A DNA stretch of 64,000 nucleotides from a virus (IMGVR_UViG_3300036892_000014:19882-83881), one strand, 5' to 3'; positions 47,576-57,012 are shown, counted from the first letter of the stretch. Numbers and translations: made by a program. The notes: a model not told the origin generated them from the letters alone.

Positions 47576-47630
47576 CGTAATCTCCTTGCTTTCAGCAGAA
47601 GGAAGTTAAGTATATAATTCCCTTATTTTG

Positions 47631-47711
47631 CGAGGACCCATTCATCGCCGCAAAACGCAGCGAAGACATTGATCCCGAGTGATCCCGGGAGATTCCTAAG
47701 TATTGTTTCAT
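47631..47711 (-). pseudogene. Truncated vWA-domain gene (N-terminus only)
   Basis: MKQYLGISRDHSGSMSSL contains the MIDAS DxSxS motif and then breaks off. Confidence 0.6.
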
Positions 47712-47947
47712 GATCCCCTCTTCTTTCTGGTTTCTTTGCGAACCCTCTGAAGGAACGTGATAACCTTGTCGAGCGAACTTACGCGAACCGGAACGCTCCA
47801 ACTTATATTATTCATGTGTCCGCGAAAAACTTCCCCGTCTACAACCACTACCCCGTCGGATATGTTCCAATCAATATTGACAACATCCTGGTCTTTGACC
47901 GTACCTACAGTGCTGATCGATGTTTGACAAATTTTTCCTGATTTCAT
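47708..47947 (-). CDS. Hypothetical protein
   Basis: GAGGG SD; ATGA coupling. Confidence 0.55.
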   Translation of the reverse strand: MKSGKICQTSISTVGTVKDQDVVNIDWNISDGVVVVDGEVFRGHMNNISWSVPVRVSSLDKVITFLQRVRKETRKKRGS

Positions 47948-47953
47948 GTTCCC

Positions 47954-48166
47954 TCACTTTGTGTTAACAGATTTAAATAGCGAGCCCGCAACATAACTTA
48001 AGCAGAACGTCTTCCAAAACGTCATCGTTGTGACGCCGAAAAGAAACTGAAGAATGCCCGGCGCGATCAAATAGTTGATCGCCCACATAAGCGGATACGC
48101 AAAGATCAATGTAAAGAACGCTATCGACGCGAACATGCCGATACCAGCCAAAATTGCTTTAATCAT
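47954..48166 (-). CDS. Small membrane protein
   Basis: Hydrophobic MIKAILAG...LFK. Confidence 0.6.
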   Translation of the reverse strand: MIKAILAGIGMFASIAFFTLIFAYPLMWAINYLIAPGILQFLFGVTTMTFWKTFCLSYVAGSLFKSVNTK

Positions 48167-48543
48167 TTCTTCCTCTCTTCTGCACAGCCTACACAGTAGG
48201 TGTACATGCCGATCTTGACCCTTGGGTCTTCGGCCTTCAAGACTACTCTGCATTTCCCGAAGTTTGCGCAAACACTCGTTTGGCTCATGGCTTCGCCCCG
48301 GTCTGCTTCTCTCGCTCCAGTCTGGCTTCCTCTTGGGTCTCGAATGGTCCGACGCGTTCGATGCAGCCTGTCTTGTTCACGAACACAGTGAACCAGCCCG
48401 TGCCTGTGCCGCGTCCCGTGACGTATTGAAACTCGCCTGTCGTAGTCATTTTTTCCTCCGTAGTCGAATTGCGAAAAGAGTCAGAAGCGCCGCAAGATCA
48501 GACAGTAGCAGCGCGAAGCATGCCTTGTAGAAGTCGAGTATCG

Positions 48544-49440
48544 TCACATATCCCTCTCATCTCGGAACCCCAGAAAACCGGGGAATCTCGGTGCGACCTT
48601 ACTGCCCGTCGGAAAATATTTATACTTGACTATCTTCCCTACAAGTTTCTCTCGATCTCGCCAGAGTCGTGCACGATCTGACGCAGTGAAGCCGCCACCG
48701 ATTTGAAACTCAACGCCGTCGTAGATTCCACCGAGCCCGTGCACGTCGAAGCCGCCCAGAGTGCCCTTGCCAACGAGTCCAGCCTTCGCGCTAGAGCGCT
48801 CAGTTCGACCGAGAGCGTTTGTCTTTTTCTCGTTCGTATTCTCTTGCTCTTCATAGAAGCCATCGATCACCGCCTCTCCGTTTAGGAAACGTTTCAGTTT
48901 AAGAAGAAAGCCCTCATTCACCGTCGAGCGGCCAGTTTTATACGGGCCGTTTATCATGCGAACCATGACACCTTCATGCCCCTGTCCTAGTGCGTCGGCC
49001 TCAAACTTGAGAAGTTCTTCTTCATTGTTTATCAAAGTATGTCCTAGCACATACCACCCGTCAGGTTTTCCTTGAAGGCTCAGGGTTGCTTCTGCTAGAC
49101 GGTCAGAGAATGTTCGAAATGGATTTTTGTGGTATTTATCGAACACATAGAACCTAATACCGGTGGCGTCTTTGTCGTCTGACATCACGATGCTGGTCGT
49201 ATTCCTGTAGCAATCCTTATGCGCTGGGTCGCCGTAGATCAATTCTCCGTCAAGACTTTCGGGCAGTCCCTTGAACATTTCTTGCACTTGACGGTTCGGA
49301 ATCTCTTTGAGCGAACGGCTGAGCAGTCGCCCGCCCTGTACAGTTGCTCTAATCCCGTCGAGCTTGATCGAGACGAGTACGGGAAACTTCAGCGTCGAGG
49401 TGTCCTCGATGGATGACGCGAGCATCGGACGAAATGTCAT
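48544..49440 (-). CDS. lig: ATP-dependent DNA ligase
   Basis: PMLA, KLDGIR, LDGEL, FYVFD, EGVM, LLKLK, PRFP..LGFR. Confidence 0.93.
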   Translation of the reverse strand: MTFRPMLASSIEDTSTLKFPVLVSIKLDGIRATVQGGRLLSRSLKEIPNRQVQEMFKGLPESLDGELIYGDPAHKDCYRNTTSIVMSDDKDATGIRFYVFDKYHKNPFRTFSDRLAEATLSLQGKPDGWYVLGHTLINNEEELLKFEADALGQGHEGVMVRMINGPYKTGRSTVNEGFLLKLKRFLNGEAVIDGFYEEQENTNEKKTNALGRTERSSAKAGLVGKGTLGGFDVHGLGGIYDGVEFQIGGGFTASDRARLWRDREKLVGKIVKYKYFPTGSKVAPRFPGFLGFRDERDM

Positions 49441-49728
49441 GGTTTGCCTGCTTTCTTTGCTTCGGTCTTGCGAAGCTGTTCGTACGTTACATCTAAGACG
49501 CGGCGTAAGGTTGAATTCGTCCTGGGCGTCGCACGGCGGTCGGGGTTCGGGTTCTTTGGACCCATTACTTGATCCCATCTATTAGAAAATAAGTTACAAA
49601 ACCTAATGTCAGTACCGCGAAGGGAAACAGCACCCAAGTTGTGATAGCGCTTGCGATGTATAAAATTCCGACGATGCCGATGATAGTCGCCACCATGAAG
49701 ATGATCGCGAGAATTACACGGAGGCCGT

Positions 49729-50052
49729 TCATCGGGCGTACGGCCAAAGTGGGATGAGTTCTTCCCCAAGCTTTGCTTCATAAAGATGCAGGTTGTCGCC
49801 CGAAACGGCGCGAGCCTGCTTCATGTCAGAAACCCAAACGGCTCGTTGATTGTCGCCGCGACCGAGTGATCCACCATAAAAGCGGGGCTCACGGTGACGG
49901 GAGATGATGACGTTTTCGATCTCATACCCGTCGGCCAATCGAACGATGTCCTGGTTATCTGGGACCATAATATCGTTGTCGCGTTCGACTTCATTACGGA
50001 CTTTTAAGAAATTTGCTAAGTACGCTCGGGCTGCGTTATCATGTTCACTCAT
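49729..50052 (-). CDS. Hypothetical protein
   Basis: AGGAGG SD behind a promoter. Confidence 0.65.
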   Translation of the reverse strand: MSEHDNAARAYLANFLKVRNEVERDNDIMVPDNQDIVRLADGYEIENVIISRHREPRFYGGSLGRGDNQRAVWVSDMKQARAVSGDNLHLYEAKLGEELIPLWPYAR

Positions 50053-50082
50053 TGCGTTCCTCCTGATATTGCTTACGGTTTT

Positions 50083-50111
50083 AGAATACCACCCTAGAAT
50101 CTCGTTGTCAA
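50083..50111 (-). promoter_or_regulatory. Sigma70-type promoter
   Basis: TTGACA-N17-TATTCT (TG extended). Confidence 0.6.
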
Positions 50112-50183
50112 GCCATCTTTCTTGCAGATAAAGGTATGGCGTCTACCTGGGTGTTGATTATTCATCTTTCAGCCTCAGACCAG

Positions 50184-50212
50184 AGGATACCAAATTCCTC
50201 TGGCCTTGTCAA
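50184..50212 (-). promoter_or_regulatory. Sigma70-type promoter (tandem, upstream)
   Basis: TTGACA-N17-TATCCT; inverted repeat CCAGAGGA/TCCTCTGG across the -10. Confidence 0.6.
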
Positions 50213-50219
50213 GTGTTAT

Positions 50220-51533
50220 TTAATTGCTCTGAAGCGCCTGTTCGGTCGGGAACAGGACGTAGAACGACACCGTGCCATTCTGGTCATCCGAGTAGCGATG
50301 ATCTAAAAGGGTTCGGCTAACGTTGCGTTCGTTCAGATATTCGGCGATATAGCCCGAGTCCGACGAACCGACGATTCGCAAGCGAGTGCCAGGAATCTGC
50401 TGGATGCGTAGAATTGCGCCGTCCACGATTCGCTTGCACACGTTCTTGCGGTCGATCTGGCAAGTACCAATCAGCACGGGTTCGGGCTGACTAGTTGCCG
50501 TGATGACTTCTTTCGGTTCCGGCTGTTCGATCTTGACCGTTATCTGTACCGGCGTAGGGGTAGCAACTGGGGGCATAATAACTGGGACAGGCGCAACAAC
50601 CGCGACCCTGTCCTCACCCAAGCAATCCTCTAACGTGACTCCAGCTTTACTCACATAACTATTTTTTATGAAAATCTTGCAGTACGTCAATCGGTTCGGT
50701 GCCTTGCGTGCGGCTTCCAGGTCGGCGCAATTCTTGTCGATCTTGGAACCTGAGATAGAGAGCCCGAATGCTGCGCCCTGTCCGCCTGCGCCGTACGTCA
50801 GTGCGCAGTTCACGGTCGGTTGTGCCGCGTAAGCCATGGCGGTCTCCACGGGAATTTTCGTGGCTGCCACGTTCGTGTTCGACTCGTAGATTGAATTATT
50901 TGCTCCGACACCGTTGCCGCTAGCACTCGACTGAGTCGATTGGGTCTGGTTGCCGCCCTTTGCGCTCGAATTCCCGCCTGCTCCACCCGAACCACCTTGG
51001 GCAGAAGCCGAGGTCGGTCCAGATGATACGTTGTTCGTATTCGTGTTCTGCGAGTTTCCCGAGTTCGTCAGCTTGTTGGCTAACGTATTGGTGACCGTCG
51101 AGTTGCCCGACCCCGAGACGTTCCCGCCAGTTGCGTTGCCGCCTTGCGAAGTCGAGGACGACTTGCTGCTCCCGCCCGTCGCCGTAGATGAACTGTTGGA
51201 AGTTGCCGCCGACGCGGACGACGCGTTGCTCGCGGAGTTTTGCGACTGTGTCTGCTGTTGATTTTGCTGCTGGGTCTGGGTAGTAGGCGGCGTAGTTGGG
51301 GGTGGCGTTGGAGGCGTAGGCGGTTTTGGAACCTCGCACTCGTACAAAGTACCCGGAGTCCCCTGTCCTGCTACTCCCAGAAACAGTTGACCGTCCCCAT
51401 CCCCGTAGGTGCCCGTCGTTCCTGCTGGCACTGCTACGCGAGACGCCAACGGGTCGGAACAATTCCAAGCCTTCGCTGATCCAGCCAGCGAAAGTAAAGC
51501 TGCTGCTAAGAGTAATGCCTTTAGTATTTTCAT
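50220..51533 (-). CDS. Secreted protein with long S/T/G/N/Q linker and degenerate OmpA-C-like tail
   Basis: Signal peptide ending AKA; low-complexity middle; C...GQ..FG.S.....D.NC module; KRIVD....RIQQ.P...L.IVG. Confidence 0.65.
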   Translation of the reverse strand: MKILKALLLAAALLSLAGSAKAWNCSDPLASRVAVPAGTTGTYGDGDGQLFLGVAGQGTPGTLYECEVPKPPTPPTPPPTTPPTTQTQQQNQQQTQSQNSASNASSASAATSNSSSTATGGSSKSSSTSQGGNATGGNVSGSGNSTVTNTLANKLTNSGNSQNTNTNNVSSGPTSASAQGGSGGAGGNSSAKGGNQTQSTQSSASGNGVGANNSIYESNTNVAATKIPVETAMAYAAQPTVNCALTYGAGGQGAAFGLSISGSKIDKNCADLEAARKAPNRLTYCKIFIKNSYVSKAGVTLEDCLGEDRVAVVAPVPVIMPPVATPTPVQITVKIEQPEPKEVITATSQPEPVLIGTCQIDRKNVCKRIVDGAILRIQQIPGTRLRIVGSSDSGYIAEYLNERNVSRTLLDHRYSDDQNGTVSFYVLFPTEQALQSN

Positions 51534-51570
51534 TCATAACTTCCTTTCGGTGGCGGGGTTGCCGCCCAAT

Positions 51571-51756
51571 CTAACTAAACTTTCCTTCGATGCTGCGTCC
51601 GCCGACCCAAGATTCCCACTTGAAGGGGCCTTGCTGTATCCTCACGACATCACCAATAACTCGAATAACTTTCGCCTTAAAGTAGCTAGGCAGAATAAAC
51701 GACACTCGCCAAACCAAAACAATGTCTCCCGGTTGTAAGGTGCTAGCGTTGAACAT
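51571..51756 (-). CDS. Small SH3/KOW-like protein
   Basis: LQPGDIVLV; AGGAGG SD. Confidence 0.55.
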   Translation of the reverse strand: MFNASTLQPGDIVLVWRVSFILPSYFKAKVIRVIGDVVRIQQGPFKWESWVGGRSIEGKFS

Positions 51757-51764
51757 GTTTCCTC

Positions 51765-51956
51765 CTATCGAAGATAGGACAACGGTTTACCCCTCATCAC
51801 GGTGCCGTCAAAGATCGTACTGAGAACGATAGCCCATGTGGCGTCCGATGGCGACATAGTCTTGCTTCGCGCCATGCGGCGTAGACGGTTGGACAACTGC
51901 GTGTTCGACAAAGCGCCTGGGTTAATCGAGGTAGGCTGCTTCGCCACTGGTTTCAC
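51765..51956 (-). CDS. Hypothetical protein
   Basis: GTG start overlapping the stop of an MKRKK mini-ORF. Confidence 0.5.
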   Translation of the reverse strand: MKPVAKQPTSINPGALSNTQLSNRLRRMARSKTMSPSDATWAIVLSTIFDGTVMRGKPLSYLR

Positions 51957-52038
51957 TTCTTTCGTTTCATCCGTGTTCCCTCCTAAATTATCTCCGAAGC
52001 CCCGAGACGCAGCATCGGTTGCCCTTTAGCTGCGTAGT

Positions 52039-52239
52039 CTAGGGCAGCCTCGGAGAATCTTGTAAACGCCCGTCAAAGATGCACGGGCGAAATTTTCCAT
52101 CAGGACATTTCCACATCCACTTGTCCTCTTGATCGAAGTACACTGCTTTATGCTTGCACGCGTAACACTTTCCACAGCGCGAACAAATGTAAATCAGTTC
52201 GCCCTGCTTGCCGACTAAGCGACAGAGATGCGTGTCCAT
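52039..52239 (-). CDS. Small Cys-rich protein
   Basis: CSRCGKCYAC. Confidence 0.55.
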   Translation of the reverse strand: MDTHLCRLVGKQGELIYICSRCGKCYACKHKAVYFDQEDKWMWKCPDGKFRPCIFDGRLQDSPRLP

Positions 52240-52556
52240 CCTTGCCCCTCAACCCACATCTGTTTGCCGCGAGCCGTGTTGCGCTCGTGCTTCACCTTGC
52301 GCCATGCCTCTGCCGCCGTTTCGTTCTTGCGGTCGCGGTGTCGCTTCGATGTGCCGGTCCCATACAAGTTCTGATTAGCCATGGTTCCCTCCCGTGTTCA
52401 TGCAGTCAGGATTCTCCTGCATCTGACGAATCAGGTTCTCCTGTTGATCGATCACGTGCGCGTTGTACACTGCCAGCTCCATGAAGCCCAGCACTCCGAG
52501 TGCTAGAACGATCACGGCCTCGAATAAGAAACGCGTGAAATCTTTCGGCGACATGG

Positions 52557-52973
52557 TTATTCTCCTAGGAATCCGAGTAAGGTGAGTGCCCGGACCGCCA
52601 ACCCATAATGACGTGTGAAGTGGTTTGGGTTCCTGGCGCTGCCTAAAAATTTTAAATGTATAGAAGTATCGTACGAATCGGTAGAAGGAAACGGCTTCTT
52701 ATCCGAAACTATTGCCGCGCCCGCGTTGCCCGCTTTCATGCCGATGGCGGCGCGAACCTTCGCCGTAGTCTCGTCTTTAAGACGAGTGTCGTCACCATCG
52801 GGACCACGGAGCGCGGTCAGGATATCCCACAGTGCGCGACCACCGGACGTGTTTTCGGAACCTGCATCTTCACCAATATGATTATCTTCATTCAAGACTT
52901 CGACAATCTGCTCGATCAGTTTCTTCGCCCGTACTCGACTTCTCTTTAATTTCAGTGCGTCACTCTTTGTCAT
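52557..52973 (-). CDS. Hypothetical protein
   Basis: AGGAGG SD; LWDILTALRGPD. Confidence 0.7.
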   Translation of the reverse strand: MTKSDALKLKRSRVRAKKLIEQIVEVLNEDNHIGEDAGSENTSGGRALWDILTALRGPDGDDTRLKDETTAKVRAAIGMKAGNAGAAIVSDKKPFPSTDSYDTSIHLKFLGSARNPNHFTRHYGLAVRALTLLGFLGE

Positions 52974-53003
52974 AGTTCCTCCTAAAATCATCTAAATTTG
53001 TAA

Positions 53004-53102
53004 GGGCGGTGTACCCGTCGGTACTTCTCATGCTATCCCGCTCTGGCAGATGGCTACATGTCTTCGGCCAGCCGTTCGTGCCGTCGTTGCTAAGGACCGC
53101 CC
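53004..53102 (-). ncRNA. Candidate structured RNA or 5' leader (about 100 nt)
   Basis: Starts at the predicted TSS; closing stem GGGCGGU/ACCGCCC; internal GGCA..GGCU/AGCC..UGCC and GUACC-GACG-GGUAC hairpins. Confidence 0.5.
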
Positions 53103-53109
53103 ATCACGG

Positions 53110-53138
53110 ATAGTATCAAATTTCCTTCGGCTTGTCAA
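53110..53138 (-). promoter_or_regulatory. Sigma70-type promoter driving the structured RNA
   Basis: TTGACA-N17-TACTAT with TG extension. Confidence 0.7.
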
Positions 53139-54684
53139 GCATTTTCTCAGAATTGTTTTGCTTGGCTACGAAACTTCTGATCTGGCGTTCCCCTAGGGAG
53201 TCCGCCAATACGAGGTGCTTATAGACCGCTCGACTCTTCTGACCGATACGGTGAATCCTGTCTTCGGCTTGGATGATGCCGCCTCTTTGCCAACTGCGCT
53301 CAACGAAGATCATAAGCGATGCGGCGGTCATTGTCAAGCCCTCGCTTGCGGAGTCTTGAGTGCAGACCAGAACCTTGAAGATCGGTTCTTTCTGGAACCT
53401 GTCCACGATAGGCACGCGTTTCTCTGGCGCGATGTCGCCCGTAACGAGCAGGGCACGATCCTTGAAGTGCTCAAAGATTTTCCCAGCCACGTCCTTGTGG
53501 TACGCCATGACGACTATCTTATCGCGCTCTTCCATGTCGTCTTCGATGATCTCGATGGCAGGCTTGACCAGTGCCAGCCCTGTCTCGTGGAGCATCTGGG
53601 AGAATCCCTCGAACGCGGGCATCTTGTCGTATGCGTCTGGATTATTTTTTGCGTACGCCTCGAACGTCTCTAACTCTTTCTGGATTTTCTTTTTCATCCT
53701 CCCCGGCTCGATGACCACGACGCGGCGATCTTTCTCAGGCAAATCCTTCAGCACGTCGCACTTCAACCTGCGCACGAGAAAACGGCTACGCATGATCTGC
53801 TGGAGTTCACCTAAGTTGTCAGCACCATCCCATATCCAACCCACGCGTTCGTTCTTGTGCGTCTCAAAGCTGTACTGCATGATCTCTTGAAGCTGGCAGT
53901 AGCGCTTCGCGTAGTTGTACCAGTCCAAGCCTAGACCGCTTGGGTCTAAAGCCTGCAAAAGCGGCCATAACTCCTTCGGTTTGCCGTTAAGGCTTGGAGT
54001 TCCAGTCAAAAATAGCTTGCGGTCTGCGGGTATGGCAGAGCAGCGGTCGATGATCTCTTTCTTAGCGTTCCGCTGAATACCACCTAGGACTTCTCGGGTG
54101 CGGTTCGTCTTCTTGTTCTTCAGGCGGTGGGCCTCGTCAACGATCATCAAGTCCCAATTGATTCGGCGAAGCGGCCAGCGGTATGTTTTCAGAATCTCAT
54201 AATTAATTATCACAACATCTGTCATAGGGAAAACGTCCTTCGTTCCGTTGACAATGCCGATAGAGAGTTCTTTAGTGTCCCAGCCCCTCCACTCCCTCGA
54301 CCAATTCAATTTGAGCGCAGCGGGCGAGACAATCAAAATGCGACGAATTTCAGGAAGGTAGTTTGATAGGCCGATGGCTTGGATGGTCTTGCCCGTTCCA
54401 GGCTCGTCGCCGATCAGGGTAAGCAAGTGCGCAGCAGCGTAAGCGATGCCAGCACGTTGGTATGGTAGGAAGTTTCGATCAGGTGGGTGTGGAACGACGA
54501 TGTTTGAATCAGTGGCGTGCGAATCGAGGACGGTCTTGGCTCGTTGGTACTCTAGAAGTGCGAGGGGTGATATATCTGAACCACGGTATGCTTCTAAGGC
54601 TAGAGGATTCGGAGTCCTCTGGATCACACCACTAGCGTCTGAGATTTCAAAGCACGCTAGCTGCATTGACCAAGTTATTCGCAT
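53116..54684 (-). CDS. SNF2-family helicase/ATPase
   Basis: LPYQ, GDEPGTGKT, DEAH, LTGTP, QAEDRIHRIGQ. Confidence 0.92.
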   Translation of the reverse strand: MRITWSMQLACFEISDASGVIQRTPNPLALEAYRGSDISPLALLEYQRAKTVLDSHATDSNIVVPHPPDRNFLPYQRAGIAYAAAHLLTLIGDEPGTGKTIQAIGLSNYLPEIRRILIVSPAALKLNWSREWRGWDTKELSIGIVNGTKDVFPMTDVVIINYEILKTYRWPLRRINWDLMIVDEAHRLKNKKTNRTREVLGGIQRNAKKEIIDRCSAIPADRKLFLTGTPSLNGKPKELWPLLQALDPSGLGLDWYNYAKRYCQLQEIMQYSFETHKNERVGWIWDGADNLGELQQIMRSRFLVRRLKCDVLKDLPEKDRRVVVIEPGRMKKKIQKELETFEAYAKNNPDAYDKMPAFEGFSQMLHETGLALVKPAIEIIEDDMEERDKIVVMAYHKDVAGKIFEHFKDRALLVTGDIAPEKRVPIVDRFQKEPIFKVLVCTQDSASEGLTMTAASLMIFVERSWQRGGIIQAEDRIHRIGQKSRAVYKHLVLADSLGERQIRSFVAKQNNSEKMLDKPKEI

Positions 54685-54863
54685 TCGCTCCCGAGTCTTT
54701 CTCCCTCTACGAGTTCATCATACAACTTTATCATGCGGCTCCAAGCTTCTTTGTGCGCGACAGAGGGCTGCGTTGGGTCTTCCTTCACTAAGATGTAACC
54801 GTCGGGTGTTGTAATGGTCCGAGTTCCGTTAGTACGATTAATCTCACAGATAAGGTGCTTCAT
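54675..54863 (-). CDS. Hypothetical protein
   Basis: Operonic coupling. Confidence 0.55.
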   Translation of the reverse strand: MKHLICEINRTNGTRTITTPDGYILVKEDPTQPSVAHKEAWSRMIKLYDELVEGERLGSECE

Positions 54864-55159
54864 ATTTGAGGTTCCTGTTTGTGAAATTCTCGCTGATTGT
54901 CGATCAACGTTTGATCCAGCAGTTCGCGCTGCTGACTCATAAATTCCAAATAGGTTGCGGTTTGCACGGTCAGAGCATTATAGCGGGCGTTCGTTGCAAG
55001 TAAGTCTTGTTCAGCAGCGGCTAGTTTCTTTCGATAGTACGCGATGCCACTGACCAGTATGTCCAGGTGTTCGCGCACCTGCGGATGGGCTTTTTGCAGC
55101 CAGGTTTTTAAAAATCCCTCGCTGTATCCGTAATCGAGTTCTTCTTCATTTAAACTCAT
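54860..55159 (-). CDS. Hypothetical coiled-coil protein
   Basis: AGGAGG SD. Confidence 0.6.
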   Translation of the reverse strand: MSLNEEELDYGYSEGFLKTWLQKAHPQVREHLDILVSGIAYYRKKLAAAEQDLLATNARYNALTVQTATYLEFMSQQRELLDQTLIDNQREFHKQEPQI

Positions 55160-55553
55160 CTTTCCTCCTGATTACTGAGTCGAGAATCTTTCCCCATTCG
55201 ATTTGGTTTCTATCCACTTCAGCATTGGGCGCTGCCTTGGCACTCTTGTCGTAATCTGTTTCATCTACGGCGATACCACGAGTCCAAAGAAATGTCACAT
55301 CGGCCCAAGTTAAGCGGAGTTTGTTATAATCTCTGATCGGTTGCGAGAGCAGCTTCGATTGGAAAACGGCTAATGTTTCCTTATCATCTTGGTAGTGCTC
55401 GTCGAGGTGGGGCTCCTTCAGCCTTGCAAGTCCGGTCTCCGTCCAAGACACAATTTCGGTCTTGCAACCCGTGCGCGGGCACTTCCATCTAAATCTAGGT
55501 CCGAAGTCTCCCTCACCTCTAGGCGGCTCTCCTAGAAAACCATGGCTGCTCAT
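55146..55553 (-). CDS. Hypothetical protein
   Basis: ATGA coupling; CPRTGC. Confidence 0.6.
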   Translation of the reverse strand: MSSHGFLGEPPRGEGDFGPRFRWKCPRTGCKTEIVSWTETGLARLKEPHLDEHYQDDKETLAVFQSKLLSQPIRDYNKLRLTWADVTFLWTRGIAVDETDYDKSAKAAPNAEVDRNQIEWGKILDSVIRRKDEFK

Positions 55554-56095
55554 TGATAGGTATCACCTACAAGCGACGACGGGAAAGGGAAGTCCACTCG
55601 CGCATTCCAGCCGTCTAGAAACCTAGCATCTGATGGATTCAGTGATACCACCTTAGCGTAAAAATCTTTCCATTCGGCGCGATACTGAGCCGTCACGGCG
55701 ATTGGGTCTTTCGAGTTTAATTCGGCAATGGTGACCAGTCCCAGCACGCCGTCAGCTTCGACGCCGAGCACCGTCTGGATGCCCTTGACGGCGGTGGGGA
55801 TGTTTCGGTTGACCGACCAGCTTAAAATCAAAGCAGCAATCTGATCGTCTGCGATGCGGTCGCCGTTGATGTGGTGCCAGTACTGATTGTCGTATAAGTC
55901 CTTCGCATAATTGATCGCCAGACTAAATGGCATGTCGGTCCAGAAGTCCGCAGGCATGACCGTCGAGAAGTTCTTACTGGTAATGCCGAACCTAGTCAAA
56001 CCAGCGCCGTCACCTAGGTTCACAATCTTGCCCGGCGTGCGATGATCGTCTTCTTGGTATAGAAGCCATTCTACTATGCTTTCGAACGAGGCCAT
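55550..56095 (-). CDS. Glycoside hydrolase family 108 lysozyme-like endolysin
   Basis: GDGAGLTRFGIT, Y...YW, LGV.ADG.LG..T peptidoglycan-binding motif, FL.GW..R. Confidence 0.85.
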   Translation of the reverse strand: MASFESIVEWLLYQEDDHRTPGKIVNLGDGAGLTRFGITSKNFSTVMPADFWTDMPFSLAINYAKDLYDNQYWHHINGDRIADDQIAALILSWSVNRNIPTAVKGIQTVLGVEADGVLGLVTIAELNSKDPIAVTAQYRAEWKDFYAKVVSLNPSDARFLDGWNARVDFPFPSSLVGDTYQ

Positions 56096-56410
56096 GATTT
56101 TCCTCCGTTTAATTTCCTTGAAATGTGATAGTAGTGCTCTCGCGCTTTAATTTCTTTAGAAGAGAATGGTCTCCCAGAATTGTGCTTCCGAATTACAGAC
56201 TGAAACGCTACTAAGTTCTTGGCTTGCCTGCTTTTAATCTTCAGAAACGGTAAAATAAGTTTTAAAACCTTAACCGCTCGATTCGTCTCTGCAACCCAAA
56301 GCCAAGCCATTTTGCGGTTTGACTGTCGAGGCTTCTTAGGCTCTCACAACGGAAATACACCCTTCGCCATCCACCAAACCTGCAAGATACGCGGTATCAC
56401 TTATTTTCAT
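56074..56410 (-). pseudogene. Internally deleted, frameshifted LAGLIDADG homing endonuclease
   Basis: MKISDTAYLAGLVDGEGCISV then stop; the other frame continues K.AWLW....A..VL..ILPFL.IK..QA; the middle strands are missing. Confidence 0.85.
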
Positions 56411-57012
56411 CCGTCCCACCCCTCTGGTAACAACTTTTTCTTTGGCCCTCTTGCTTGATATTTGTCTGGTTTTGCTAGAAAGTGATCGAATTCGATTGGC
56501 ATGTAATCGGTATACTCGACGGCGAATAACCTCTGCCATGGGTTTGCTAAGTGGCCTTCGCGAGTAGCTTGTTTAAATTGATCTGCTTCGGCCTCAGGAT
56601 CGTCGCTACCAAATCCGTGCCAGACATTATGAAGATGGCCATGTATGTTTACGTTCGTGCCTTCGGGCAGTGCGCCCTTCCACGGGTGATGCGTCAACCA
56701 TGCGCCACGATATATCATGGCATCGCAGGCGAAGCTAAAACCGTGCTCCATATACCACTGGCAAGACTTCTGATCGTGATTGCCGCGTATCAGCACATGG
56801 ATTATGCCCGCGTCGCGCCACTTCTTAGCGGTCGCCACGTACAATTCAGGCTTGCCTATACCAAAATCACCTAGGTCCAATAGCAAGTCGCCCGCCTTCA
56901 GGATACGCATGACGTTGTCGTCTATGCGCTCGGTGAAGTCGTCGGGGCGATCACACCAAGTTTTTATCTTGGCATGATTCATGTGGCAATCCGAGATCAA
57001 ATAGGTTCGCAT
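56407..57012 (-). CDS. Calcineurin-like metallophosphoesterase
   Basis: SDCH, LGDF, GNHD, THHP, HGHLH. Confidence 0.9.
   Translation of the reverse strand: MRTYLISDCHMNHAKIKTWCDRPDDFTERIDDNVMRILKAGDLLLDLGDFGIGKPELYVATAKKWRDAGIIHVLIRGNHDQKSCQWYMEHGFSFACDAMIYRGAWLTHHPWKGALPEGTNVNIHGHLHNVWHGFGSDDPEAEADQFKQATREGHLANPWQRLFAVEYTDYMPIEFDHFLAKPDKYQARGPKKKLLPEGWDG

Larger units (their letters stand above)
47162..47622. mobile_element. Non-autonomous IS1595-like (ISNwi1-type ends) insertion cassette with two passenger ORFs
   Basis: Perfect 22-bp inverted repeats GGGAATTATATACTTAACTTCC (47162-83 / 47601-22), flanked by the 8-bp direct repeat TTATTTTG (47154-61, 47623-30); no transposase. Confidence 0.85.
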
